Part shown: piece after piece, positions 1 through 13,441 of the stretch
Position numbering within the stretch: the stretch's first letter is position 1
Layout of the letters: every line of letters starts with the position of its first letter
Source: Rhizodiscina lignyota
Taxonomy: Eukaryota
Assembly: GCA_010015805.1 (NCBI GenBank)
Contig: ML978127.1
Location: 1,550,001 to 1,614,000, forward strand
Direction: 5' to 3'
Length of the DNA stretch: 64,000 nt
Made by a program: the position numbers and the translations under genes
The notes under the pieces: generated by a model
What the model was told of the DNA's origin: nothing
Databases searched by the model: none
Seen by the model: the letters and a program-made list of their open reading frames with translations, nothing else

Positions 1-229
1 AAAATTTCTAGGGAACGCGTACGGCCATACCCTTTCCCATACTGCTTACTTGACAGAAACATAAGTTGCCCAATCCAGCATCGTTCCACAGAATAGTGCG
101 GAGTAGGCAGCATGCGACATGTTCGTCAGTCCGGCAGACTTTGCGTAGGTGCGTCCAGCCTGAATTTCTATACAACATATCCTGTCTTTGAAACAGTGCA
201 ACAAAGTTGAAGTGTTCCGCCATCTGGTG

Positions 230-2087
<1,858 letters not shown>

Positions 2088-2793
2088 CTAGTAACAGGCT
2101 TGTTCACTACGGCCGAAGGCAGGGAGAACAAGAAACTGAAGCTGTGTACCTCAAAATGTTTTCATGAGGATTATTGGTATGGCGCATGATTGACCATGTG
2201 GTGTACAAATAAGTTTGCTCTGATACTCGTCTTAGCGAGATGCCTGGTGCATCCTTCGGTGAGCTGCGGTGAAGAACTGATCTGCTAGCGGATGGACTCG
2301 GGTCAGACACTGCAACTGGAAATCTACTACAGACACACCTTTGGCCTGATCTGGATACAGTCGCATGTGTCGCAAATGAGGGAGGCGCTAAACTGTCCTC
2401 ATCGCTGACTGGTGGAGGCAGGTGCGCAGGGATACTTCTTTATATCCTAAGCTGTTTCTAATACACTCGCATAAGCCCCCTGCCTGCATAGGCTTACACT
2501 GGCGCGCAACGGGAGAGGTATCGTACTCACTCACTTCCCTCCTTTCGGTCGACTCGCATGTGTTCACACGAAAAGCCCGAATTGCGACACGCGCGATTTT
2601 CAAGTGTAGTCTGTCCGCATGCTATCCAGAAGAGTCCATCCGATCTGCTAGCCACTTCTACGTTTCACTTGCGCCTGCCGCCTATATAATCCATCCTTCA
2701 GCGCCCCTTCCTTACTATCTATACTTAACTCCTATTCTCATCTGTCTTACCTGCGGATTGCTGAAGCTGAATGCTCTGCCGCATCAAGCTATC

Positions 2794-2904
2794 ACGCCCA
2801 TCAGGCCATCAGCCTAGTAATACCGGATAGATCGATGCGTTACGCCCGTTATGCCATCAGCCCAGTAATCTCGGATGGATTTTGTTGATGGCTTATCGAT
2901 GCGT
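2794..2904. repeat. Imperfect direct duplication (~40 bp unit) in the divergent BVMO/PKS intergenic region
   Basis: acgccc.....gccatcagcc(t/c)agtaat..cggat(a/g)gat starts at 2794 and 2842; each copy is followed by atcgatgcgt (2831 and 2895). Confidence 0.7.
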
Positions 2905-3248
2905 CGTCAACGAGGCCGACGTTGCTGAGGCCTGAAAGTACCGACGCTGCTCTAACATCCATCGCATCTGAGCTCAGTCAGTCGCGCCTTGCTACGTGTC
3001 TGCTGCATTCCGGACTTCCGCGAGCCGTCATCTATTGGCCCTCGAGCATCCAGACGTGTTCTGTCTCTCGCTGGGCTGAAGTACCCGTTGAAAGGTTCGC
3101 GCACGAACCATCATCGTAGAAAATCACAGCTCGTCGAAGAGGGTCCGTGCGCTCATCCTTAAGAAACAACTCAAACAAGAAAATACATAAGGGCGCGAAC
3201 TCTCGGTACAATGGCTCAGATATCTCAACTTAGGCAAAGGACGCCGAA

Positions 3249-6200
3249 ATGTCCCGCGATCGATTCAAAAATGAGCCTATTGCCCTCGTGGGCATGGCAT
3301 GCCGATTCTCGGGATCTGCTACGAGCCCGGAGTCTCTCTGGGACATGCTTAGCAAGGGCTCTACTGGATGGACCAAGACTGCGAGCCATCGCTTCAATCT
3401 CAATGCCTTTCTGCATCCAAAAGCGGACAACAAGGGCACTGTAAGTTGGCAGCCCTGTCGTTACTATGCCAATGGACGTCTAACTTGCGACAGTTTAACG
3501 CAAAAGGATTCCACCTCCTCAAACAAGACCCGGCTGTGTTCGACAATGACTTCTTCGGCATCAGTGGCTTGGAGGCCAAGGCAATGGACCCTCAGCAACG
3601 GATGCTGCTAGAAGTTGCCTATGAGGCTTTCGAAAATGCAGGCCACTCTATGGAACAACTCAAGGGCTCGCAGACAGGAGTCTGGTGCTCGGTTTCCAAC
3701 GCAGACTACGAATCGATCCTTGCCCGAGACCCCGACATCTCTCCAAAGTAAATGGTTCACGGTCGTCCTCAAGTGATATAGCTAACAGGATTCAGCTACC
3801 GCATAACAGGGATAGGTAATGCAATTATGTCCAATCGCATATCCTACTTTTTCGATCTCCGAGGTCCGAGCATGACTATCGACACATTTTGCTCTAGTAC
3901 ACTAGTAGGACTTGACGCGGCTGTGAAGTCAATTCGAGCTGGTGTGGTCGACCGAGCTCTCGTCGGTGGATCAAATCTGTGTCTTGATTCGGAGCGAACC
4001 GCAGTCCTCTCTTCCATGGGGTGAGTAATTGACCTGCCACGGGATACAAAAACAATTGCTGATGCGACCCTTTCCAATAGTTTCATGTCACCTGATGGTC
4101 GCTGTTACGCCTTCGATCCACGCGCAAGCGGATACGGTCGCGGCGAAGGGGTTGCAGCAGTCATTCTTAAACCACTCAGTATCGCTTTAGCGGATGGCGA
4201 CTCGATTAGAGCTGTGATCAGGGGTACTGGTGTAAGTTCAGATGGTAGGACCAATGGCATTACTTTGCCCTCTTCTTGGGGCCAGAAGCAAGCTGTGCAA
4301 ATGGCCTATGAGGATGCCGGGCTAAGTCCACAAGACACATATTTTGTGGAAGCACATGGTACACATAAAGAGCGACCCCGTCTGTGGAAAAGTGTCGTGA
4401 TTGACTCTGCTTAGGGACCGGAACGAAAGCTGGTGATCGAACAGAGGCCACTGTGTGGATGGACACGTTTCTGCGAGGCCGACCGCAGGGTATACCGCTA
4501 GTCGTCGGCTCCGTCAAGGGAAACTTAGGCCACACTGAGCCAACCGCTGGTCTGGCGGGTCTTCTGAAAGCAGTTCTAATTTTGGAAAAGGGTGTGATTC
4601 CATCTACACCCACTCACAAATCCTTGAGTCCCGATGTTGCAGAGGTGCTTGGGAGTTCTCTCGTGCAGGTGAGTCCAAGGATCCCAATTCACGCACACAT
4701 GCCTGACAATACGCGGTTCAGATTCCAACCAAAAATTGCCCGTGGCCAGACGGTATCGTCAGACGTATTTCTCTCAATACGACCGGATACGGCGGCACAG
4801 ATGCACATGTTGTTATTGAACATTTGGATGAGACTCTCTCTAAGACGACAAATGGAATAAGGGACAGGATGATCAGCAATTGTCCTAGAATCTTCACAAT
4901 CTCTCATCGCCGGGCAGAAGCGCTTAAAGAAACAGCGCAAGGATTACACCGTTTCCTATCCCAGAAATGGGCTCCAAAACGCGCAAATTTGTTGAGTGAT
5001 TTAGCATTTACACTTTCTAGAAGGTCTCATTTGGACTACCGAATTTCTTTCGTGGCCTCGACACTGCCGGAAGTACAGGAAAGGCTCGACTCTATTGCCA
5101 AAGGCGTCAACCGCATAGACACCGCAGGATCGCAACCTGCCATATGTTTTGCATTCACTGGTATGCGGGATATATCTATTCAATCTACATGCACTGATGA
5201 GACATGCAGGTCAGGGCGCCCAGTGGCCGCGGATGGGATTGGACCTAATATCCCACTACCCCGTCTTTGCAGAGTCGATGCGTCGATCAGAGGCCGAATT
5301 TCTCGCTCTTGGTGCAGACTGGCGTCTTTTCGAGGAATTGAACAAGACGAAAGCCGAATCGTCCATCAAACAGGCCTGGCTCTCCCAACCGTGCTGCACC
5401 GCCATCCAGATTGCCCTTGTCGATCTTCTCGCGACCTGGGGCATACGACCTCAGGCCGTTTGTGGGCATTCGAGTGGAGAGATTGCTGCTGCATACGCTG
5501 CCGGTGTTTTGACTGCAAACGAAGCTCTGAAGGTTGCTTACTTTCGAGGCTTCCATGTCGAAGCTCTGATGAAATCGAGGCCAGACCTGAAGGGAGCTAT
5601 GCTTGCAGTCGGAATTTCTGCCGAGGACGCGCTGGAGTTTATCGAGAGCGGAGACAACGTCGTTGTGGCTTGTTACAACAGTCCCCAGAGTGCTACTCTA
5701 TCGGGCGATGCGGAGGATGTCCTTCGCGTGAAGGCCAAGTTGGATGATAGAGGCATCTTTGCTCGTAAACTGGAGGTTGACGGTGCATACCACTCCTTTC
5801 ACATGAAACCTGTGGAAACCAGCTACCATGCGGCACTGCAGGATATCCGGCCCAAACCTAGCAAAGATGGCGTGCACCTATACTCGTCTGTGACCGAGGA
5901 GAGGTTGGATGGCACAGAAATGGGAGCTTCGTACTGGACCACAAATCTGATCTCACCTGTGCGATTCTCACAAGCTCTGACAAAAGTATTGAAAATGCGG
6001 GACTCTTGGATCGATTCTGGTGTATCTGGGACAACCTTGGTAACAGAGATTGGCCCACACGCCGCCCTGAAAGGTCCTATCACACAGATTGTCAAAGCCG
6101 CTGCCGTTGGAGGTCCAACAATCTATCAGAATTCGCTGAAAAGAGACGAGGATGGCCCGACAAGCCTATTGGAGCTGGCAGGCCAGGCTCACGAGCGTGG

Positions 6201-9200
6201 TGCTGCAGTGTGCTTCTCGAAAATTAACGAACCAGACTTGGGCGCCCAAAAACCTCAGCTTCTCGTTGGGCTCCCGAAATATCCGTGGAATCGCGAGAAG
6301 TCACACTGGGCAGAGTCGCGTCGGAGTGCTGCATACCGGTACAGACCTTTGCCAAAACATGAGATTTTGGGCAGCCCGACCATGGACAGCATCGATACCG
6401 AGCCTTCCTGGAGAGTATATCTCCGCACGTCTTCAATTCCCTGGGTGACAGGGCACGTTCTCCAACAACAGGTCGTCCTCCCGGGTGCGACTTATTTGTC
6501 AATGATTGTCGAGGCGCTCAAAGTGCAATACATGAATCAAAAGCGTGGATGGAAAGATCTCGTAGTCCACTTCCGCGATGTACAGTTCGTTAGAGTGCTT
6601 CTTGTCCCGGATACGGAAGTAGGGATTGAAACGATCACATCGTTGAGACTACTGTCTGAGTCGTCTGCGGATTCTCCTGCTCCATGGTACGAATTCCGTG
6701 TGTTTACTATGACAGCAGAAGGCGGGACTTCCACCGAACACTGCCGTGGTACGGTTTCAGTCGGTTCGGCTCAGATTGCGGACGTGCTTCCAAGTCCCTA
6801 CGATCCACAAGTCCCCAGCGAATTATCGTCGGCAAGCCTCTACAGCGAGCTCGAGTCTCTTGGGGCCAAATATACTGGATATGCTGCCCAACTGAAGGCA
6901 ATTCGAGGTGGCCATGGCTTCGCCAAATGCGAATTCCATATCCCGAACACCAGTGCAGGCATGCCAGAGGAAACCGAGCAGCCATGTGTGGTGCATCCCT
7001 TGACGCTCGAGGCGGCTTTGCAAACGCCGTTTGCCGCACTGAAGTTGGACAACAAGCTAGAGACGATCTTCCTACTTCAAGGCATCGACGAGCTTTACAT
7101 CTCCACGGATATCCCATCTCAACCAGATACCGTATTGAGCACCGAGACAGAAGTGGAAGCCTTCGGTATTCTTAAGACAAAAGCACAAGTGACTGTCACA
7201 CATCCGGGCCAATCGCTTAACTCGGTTTACATCAGAGCGACCGGCGTCCGCTATGCTGGACTTGAGCAGGAAGACGACATTCCTGAAGGCCTGGAGAAAG
7301 AATCTCTCTGCCACTACGTCGATTGGGTCATCGACCCTTTCTATTCTAGCCCGGATTCGTTGGTCCAGTGGATTCAACAAACTGTCGGAAAAAGAGCGGC
7401 TACGACCACCAAGCCCGAGTCCATCATTGAGCAGTATTGCCAGGCCGCCATTAAGCACATGTCAATGGACTGCTCAGTGTATGATGGAAAGAACAAGAGT
7501 ATCCACGATCGTCTGGTGCGATGGAAAGAATCTTTAGAGACGAACACGACTCCCGACATGAGTCTCGCACTAGAAAAAAAGCTCCTGGCCCAAGGATCCC
7601 TTGGGAAATCGATTCTTGGGGTAATTACTGCTCTCAGTCAGCACGCCAACGGACAGGACAGCGACCTGCCGTCGTTGACTCAGGCCAACTTGATCTACCG
7701 GAGCCTGCACGAAGATGCTGCGGTCAAGCGGTCTCTCCATCATGTCGCTTCGTACCTTAAGATCTTGAGGCTAAAGAGACCAAACCTTCGCATCTTAGCC
7801 CTTGGAAACGAACTTGAGACTTTGAAATCTCTCGTCAATGATGTGGTATTTTCATCTAAGCCTGGCCAGGACCTAAGAGACGACGACTGCAGTTGCACCT
7901 ACGCCGAAATCGCCGCAGGCGACCAAGACAGCTCCTCCGAGTGTCTCAAACTGGACCTCATGCGACCACTTGAAGACCAAGACATAGAGCAAGGGCAGTT
8001 TGATGTCGTGCTTATACCGTCGTTCTTGAGCCATCTAGTTACAGACTTGTTGGTTGCATTACCTCGACTGCGGTCATTGCTTAGAGACGGAGGAGCAATG
8101 GTTTCAGTGGATGTCACCAAGCCCACAATCAAATGGGAAGTGATTTCGACCAGCCTCTTGATCCAAGACCGCGAACTCGTCAACTCTAAATTCATGGACG
8201 CAAAACAGTGGGAGGCGATAATGCATAAGTGTGGTTTCGGAGATCTGTCTGCAATACCGGATGTCGAGTCTGCAAAAGATCATGAAACGAGCGTGTTGAT
8301 CGCCCGCACATTTCGCAAGACGTCAATCATGAGCAAATCCGTCACTGTCATTGTACCTCAGGGATGTGAAGAACTCGTGGAACATCTCGCGTCAAAGATC
8401 AAAGCCAACGACATCAATGTAACCACATCCACTGTTGAAAAGGCTGTCCCAGACGATGGTACCTTCATTATTCTTTTGGATTTGTCGAAGCCCTTTTTGA
8501 AAGGCCAGACACCGACTGAGTGGCAAAAGCTACAAGAGATCATGACCCAAGCTAGCCGCGTATTGTGGGTCACCAACAAGGGCGCATTTGAAGCGTCCGA
8601 CCCTGCAATGAGTCTGTCCACTGGTTTCGCTCGAAGCCTGAGAGTCGAGTTTCCAGAATTACAGCTGGTCACGCTGGATATTGAGCTCGCCTCAACATCG
8701 GAAGCTGCGCAGAGTATCTATAACATTTATTCCACGCACCTCGAAAGCGATGTCTCCGCTTGGAAGGCGACAGAGAGGGAGTGGGAATTCGCACAGAGAG
8801 GCAATGCCGTTCTCGTCCAGCGTGCCTTCAGTCACTCTACCGGGAGTGGCTACATCGAAGATTGTACCTCATCCTACCACCCAAGACTGACTCCACTTGG
8901 TACAAAAAGTCGAGCCCTCGGCCTCAGAATACGCACAGCAGGTATGCTCGATTCCCTTCACTGGGCGGACATGGCGGCCCATAGCAAGATTGTGGGTCCT
9001 GAGGAGATCCGTGTGACGATGCAGAACTTTTCTATCAACCCCCTGGATCTGAGCACTATCAAAGGCGATTCCACAAGAGGGTCAACTCTTCTCACCGAAG
9101 GTGTGGGCGTGGTTATGGAAATCGGCTCACAAGTGAAGGATTTCTCCGTTGGGGATACTGTTTATGCTTTTGAGCCAACAGGACTAGCGATCAACAGCAA

Positions 9201-11117
9201 TATCCGGACCCAGAAAGCTGTCAAGATCCCGCAGGGAGTCAACATTACAGAAGCCGTTACTGTACCGCTTGTATATGGAACGGCCCTGTTTTGCCTTCGA
9301 CACATTGCACACATGCAATCTGATGAAACGATATTGATTCATTCCGCGGCCACCTCTGTTGGCCAAGCAGCAATTGCACTGGCAAGATATGTTGGAGCAG
9401 GCGACATCTTGGTCACAGCAAACACAGTTGATGAGCGGGAGTTCCTGGAGAAGCAATGGGGGATCCCTACTGCGAAAATCTTCCTTGCAGCAGATTTTGA
9501 GAATGCACCCGAAATCGTCAAGAGGACCCATGTTCGTGGTGTCGACATTCTGCTCAATTGTACGCTTACCCCGGCCCTTAGCGACATCTGTTCCATCTTG
9601 GCCGTTTTTGGCCGCTTGGTTGATGTTGGCCTGCAAGAGACGCGTCGCACTGCAAGACTGGAGACCAAGGCGCTGGCGAAGAATGCCTCCTACACAGTAG
9701 CGGACATGGCCCTTCTGGCAGAAGCAAAACCAGCACTTTTGAGAGAAGTCTTCACCCGCGCTCTCGATCTTGTCGCAGACTCCAAAGTCCAGCTTTTGCC
9801 GAAGATTATGACCTACCCCCTCAACGCAGCCAAAGAAGCTTTTGAGCTTTCACGGCCAGGGCAGAAAGTTTTGGAAGTTGTCGCAGGCATGTCCTTGATG
9901 ACTCAACCATCACGACCTGCGCAGGCCAAACTCAGACACGACGCCTCGTATCTCGTTGTTGGTGGCACTGGTGGCATTGGAAGAGTTATTACTCGTTATC
10001 TGGTTCAGTTGGGCGCCACACGTATCATCACGCTTTCACCATCTGGGAACGACAAGGCTGAGACTAGACAGCTTGCTGGAGAGTTGTCTCGGCAAGGTGT
10101 TGAGCTCGAAAATGTTAAAGGAACAGCAGCTGACGTCGACACACTCAAAAGAATTGCGCAAGACAACGGAGCACGGCCTGTACGTGGTGTAATTCACGCA
10201 GGAGCTGTCTTCGAGGTAGGTCTTATCTCGTCTCTGCTGCGATATGTAGGACGATGCTAACGATTGCACAGGATGGGCCCTTCGAAAGGATCACATACGA
10301 ACAGTGGAAGCGTGGGACCGGACCGAAGGTAGAAGGCACCATTAATCTTCACGAGGTTTTCGGCACATCTGTCGAATTTTTCACCTTGCTGAGCAGTGTT
10401 GTCGGTGTGCATGGAACATACGGACAGATCGCGTATATCACTGGAAACGCGTTTCAAGACGCGTTTGCGCGATCCTGCGCTACCCGTGGACTCCCCGCAC
10501 GATCACTCGACCTGAGCATGGTGGCTGGTGAGGGCCAGGGAGCTCAAGCAGACTCGGTTGCTTTCTTGCAACGCCACGGCTTACGTAAGGTCGATTTGGA
10601 AACTGTTACAGCCGCCATCAGCTTCACAATCAATCATCCAATCGCCCCTACCCCTGCCGAAGGGCAGATACTCGTTGGTTTGAGGCAGGAACATCCTGAT
10701 TCGGGGTCGAAGGTCGCGGCTTTGCAGCGCCCGGACGCGCGCTTTTCTCATATCTGGTTCAAACCTATTGGCAGCAGTACAAGCGCTGTGAAGCCAGGCG
10801 AATTTGACGTTCAAGCCTCGCTTCGAGAAGCGACAACAGCCGAGGGAGCGACGCAGGCAGCATTCAATGGCCTGAGCGGGCTTGTATCAGAGCTATTGGA
10901 TGTGGAACAGTCCTCGTTGCTTCCGGAGCGGAATGTGATCAGTTATGGGTTGGATTCGCTCACTGCCATGGAGCTGAGAAAGTACGTGCAGACGACGTTG
11001 GCAAGTGCAGTGCAGATGTTGGAGATTATGAATCCCATGTCACTCATGGAGTTTGCGAAATTGGTCGCAAGCCGGTCTGCGCTCGTCAATAGTGATTTAT
11101 TCCCAAAGGAAAAGTAG
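3249..11117 (+). CDS. Highly reducing iterative type I PKS, KS-AT-DH-(pseudo)MT-ER(likely inactive)-KR-ACP; 8 exons
   Basis: Introns ~3441-3493, 3748-3795, 4021-4080, 4359-4414, 4669-4721, 5161-5209, 10216-10271. KS: EPIALVGMACRF, DTFCSS, HGTGT, GHTE. AT: GHSSG, AYHS. DH: HVLQQQVVLPG. ER-like IHSAATSVGQAAI. KR: VGGTGGIG and GQIAYITGN. ACP: GLDSL. Stop follows the ACP. Confidence 0.95.
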
Positions 11118-11280
11118 ATATCGAGGCGGAGATATATACAACCCTTTGTAAAATTCAGAACATTCTTGTCTGTCTGTACACATGGTTTCAAATCTCCACG
11201 CAAAGCCGGGTTCCATTCTTGCCTGCGGTCAGAGAGAGAATGGCAATGGACGATACGGAGATGACTCGTCATCATCGCCT

Positions 11281-11318
11281 CTGCCTTTTGCTGTGGCTCC
11301 TGCCTTTTGCTGTGGCTC
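11281..11318. repeat. Perfect 19-bp tandem duplication upstream of the acyltransferase
   Basis: ctgccttttgctgtggctc x2. Confidence 0.85.
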
Positions 11319-11446
11319 TCACCACACATTGTGCGCTACTCGCGGTGAATCTTTCTCTCCGAGCAACCTTACATAGATATATAGGTCGATTCGCACATCT
11401 CTCTCGTCAGTCCCAGCAGTCCCCTTCACTCACAAACGAATCAACC

Positions 11447-12859
11447 ATGAAATCCAAGAAAACATTGGTGCGTCCGAACGACCCGTCTTTAGGGGATCCC
11501 GACGACTTGTCCCCCTTGGATCAATACATGATACGTATCATAATTCCAATCATGTGTACGTTCAAAATCGAGCGCGACGACCTCCGCCCTACTATTATCC
11601 AGAATTTGAAAACTGGATTGGCGCGTACTATCGACGAAATTCCATTTATTGCATCTGTGATAGTTCCAGATGACGAGGAACGCGGTACCATGAAGTTGCA
11701 TTTCGACGAGGAAGCGACAGGAGTCTGGTTTCATGAGCAAGAGTGTTTGGATTATTCGTACGAAGAACTGGAGAAGCGGAGATTTTCGCCCAGGTGCTTT
11801 CCTGTGACGACTTTTGTGGCCGAGCCGAGAGGGCACTCTGAGAAATGTCCTGTTCTAACCGTTCAGGCAACATTCATCAAAGGCGGCTTGGTTGTCACCT
11901 ACAACGGACATCACGGTGTCATGGACGCCCAGTCACTCGGTACCTTCGCGGCCCTCTGGTCAAGGAACGTACTTGCCGTGTCCGAAGGCTACATGATACC
12001 TCCGAGCGAGCAATTCAAGTCCGAGGACCTCGACCGCACCGATTTCGCCATGGCATCTAGCTCGCGTAGCTTTTCTGATTTCCATACATATCAGCCAGGC
12101 AAAGAAACTCACAACACCGTGGAACGGGACAAGATTCTACGCCTCAGCTCCGCTGGAGAGCATTTGAAGCTTCACGAGCTGGTTCCTATCTCCCACTGGT
12201 TCATGACCAAGGAGAAACTCGACCAGCTGAATCAAAGCGTCCGAGATGCCTTCCCTAGCGAACGAGGCGTCACCGAGGCCGCACTACTGAGCGCACTTAT
12301 CTGGAAGTCAGTCGCTCAGGCCCGTAACCTGAGTGAGAGAGAAATTGATGGGTGTTCCATGTTTACCTCTACGAACATCCGTCGCATGCTTGATCCTCAG
12401 CTGGCACTCACGTACCCTGGCAATGCAATTGCCCTTGCGCGAGCCGACGCATCAACCAAGGAGCTTTATTCTGACGATGAGCTGAGAACGCTCTATAGAC
12501 TGGCCAAGAAGGTGTCTGAGTCGATTGATGAATGGACTGCGGATGAACTTTATGACTTGATGGGTGTAGTTCAAGAGGCTGACGACGTGGTCAATACAAT
12601 GTATCCAAATCTAGACCACGGTTTTTATTGTAGTCAACCGGCTCGGTTTGGCAACCTTGTAGGCGGGTCGCAATGGGGCAATGAGATGGGGGCCATCAGG
12701 GCTTTTCGATTTGCATTTCCGCCACCAGTGGATGGGTTCGGATGCCCGTTGCCGGCTGTGGGAGGTGGCATGGATATCATGATATGGATCAACGAGGAAG
12801 TGCAGACAAAGCTTAGGACTTTGCGGTCGTGGATCAAATGGGTAGAGGAGATCGAGTAA
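11447..12859 (+). CDS. BAHD/Tri101-like CoA-dependent acyltransferase (~470 aa, intronless)
   Basis: Likely ATG 11447 (caaccATG). LSPLDQYM N-terminus, PVLTVQATFIKGGL, catalytic HGVMD (HxxxD), YPGNA; the DFGWG motif is reduced to SQWG. Confidence 0.85.
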   Translation: MKSKKTLVRPNDPSLGDPDDLSPLDQYMIRIIIPIMCTFKIERDDLRPTIIQNLKTGLARTIDEIPFIASVIVPDDEERGTMKLHFDEEATGVWFHEQECLDYSYEELEKRRFSPRCFPVTTFVAEPRGHSEKCPVLTVQATFIKGGLVVTYNGHHGVMDAQSLGTFAALWSRNVLAVSEGYMIPPSEQFKSEDLDRTDFAMASSSRSFSDFHTYQPGKETHNTVERDKILRLSSAGEHLKLHELVPISHWFMTKEKLDQLNQSVRDAFPSERGVTEAALLSALIWKSVAQARNLSEREIDGCSMFTSTNIRRMLDPQLALTYPGNAIALARADASTKELYSDDELRTLYRLAKKVSESIDEWTADELYDLMGVVQEADDVVNTMYPNLDHGFYCSQPARFGNLVGGSQWGNEMGAIRAFRFAFPPPVDGFGCPLPAVGGGMDIMIWINEEVQTKLRTLRSWIKWVEEIE

Positions 12860-13441
12860 AGTCTGATGTCGAGCGTTAGCTAGAATCTGGTATCGACACG
12901 TCTTATACACTTGCGAACATGTCCTAAACATGCCTTAAACAAGCAGATATAGCACAAGGGCTTGGACTTCTTCGTTTCAAGCTGAAGAGTCACTTGTGGT
13001 TATAAAACACGGATGCAAGACAATGTCGAACAAATCTGACATATCATAGTCCCGTGGCTGCTCGAGAACAAATCGAATAGCACTTGTGGCTACGTAGTCT
13101 AAGAAGGGGAATTTTGGAAGCCGAGTGAAGCAATTTTGTTCAGCCCTGTCAACGAGCGAGTTAGATTTGAAGAATTGCTTGCTCGCTCGCTGCAAATCGA
13201 GTCATAGTGGTTGGCCCGCTCGCTCAAACGAGTCAAATTAAGTAGAGTCTATATATATTAGTCAGAAGCCATATCTACACCTCATTCCGACCTCACTCCT
13301 AACCCGGCTAACGAGTGAGCGCAAATCGAGTTACCAGGCGTAGCTCGTTTGTCAGACGAGTGAGGATCTCTTCACATGATAAGTGAGTCAAATCTGTAAA
13401 GTAGCCTCGCTCGACTCGGTGGTTAACAGGTCTGGTTTTGT

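Noticed and set aside
4824..5747. 307-aa ORF as a separate gene
   Set aside because: Its first part is a PKS exon; the rest is out-of-frame read-through past the 5161-5209 intron.
11219..11446. N-terminal extension of the acyltransferase ORF
   Set aside because: Non-ATG start running through promoter-like sequence (tandem repeat, TATA-like); family similarity begins after ATG 11447.
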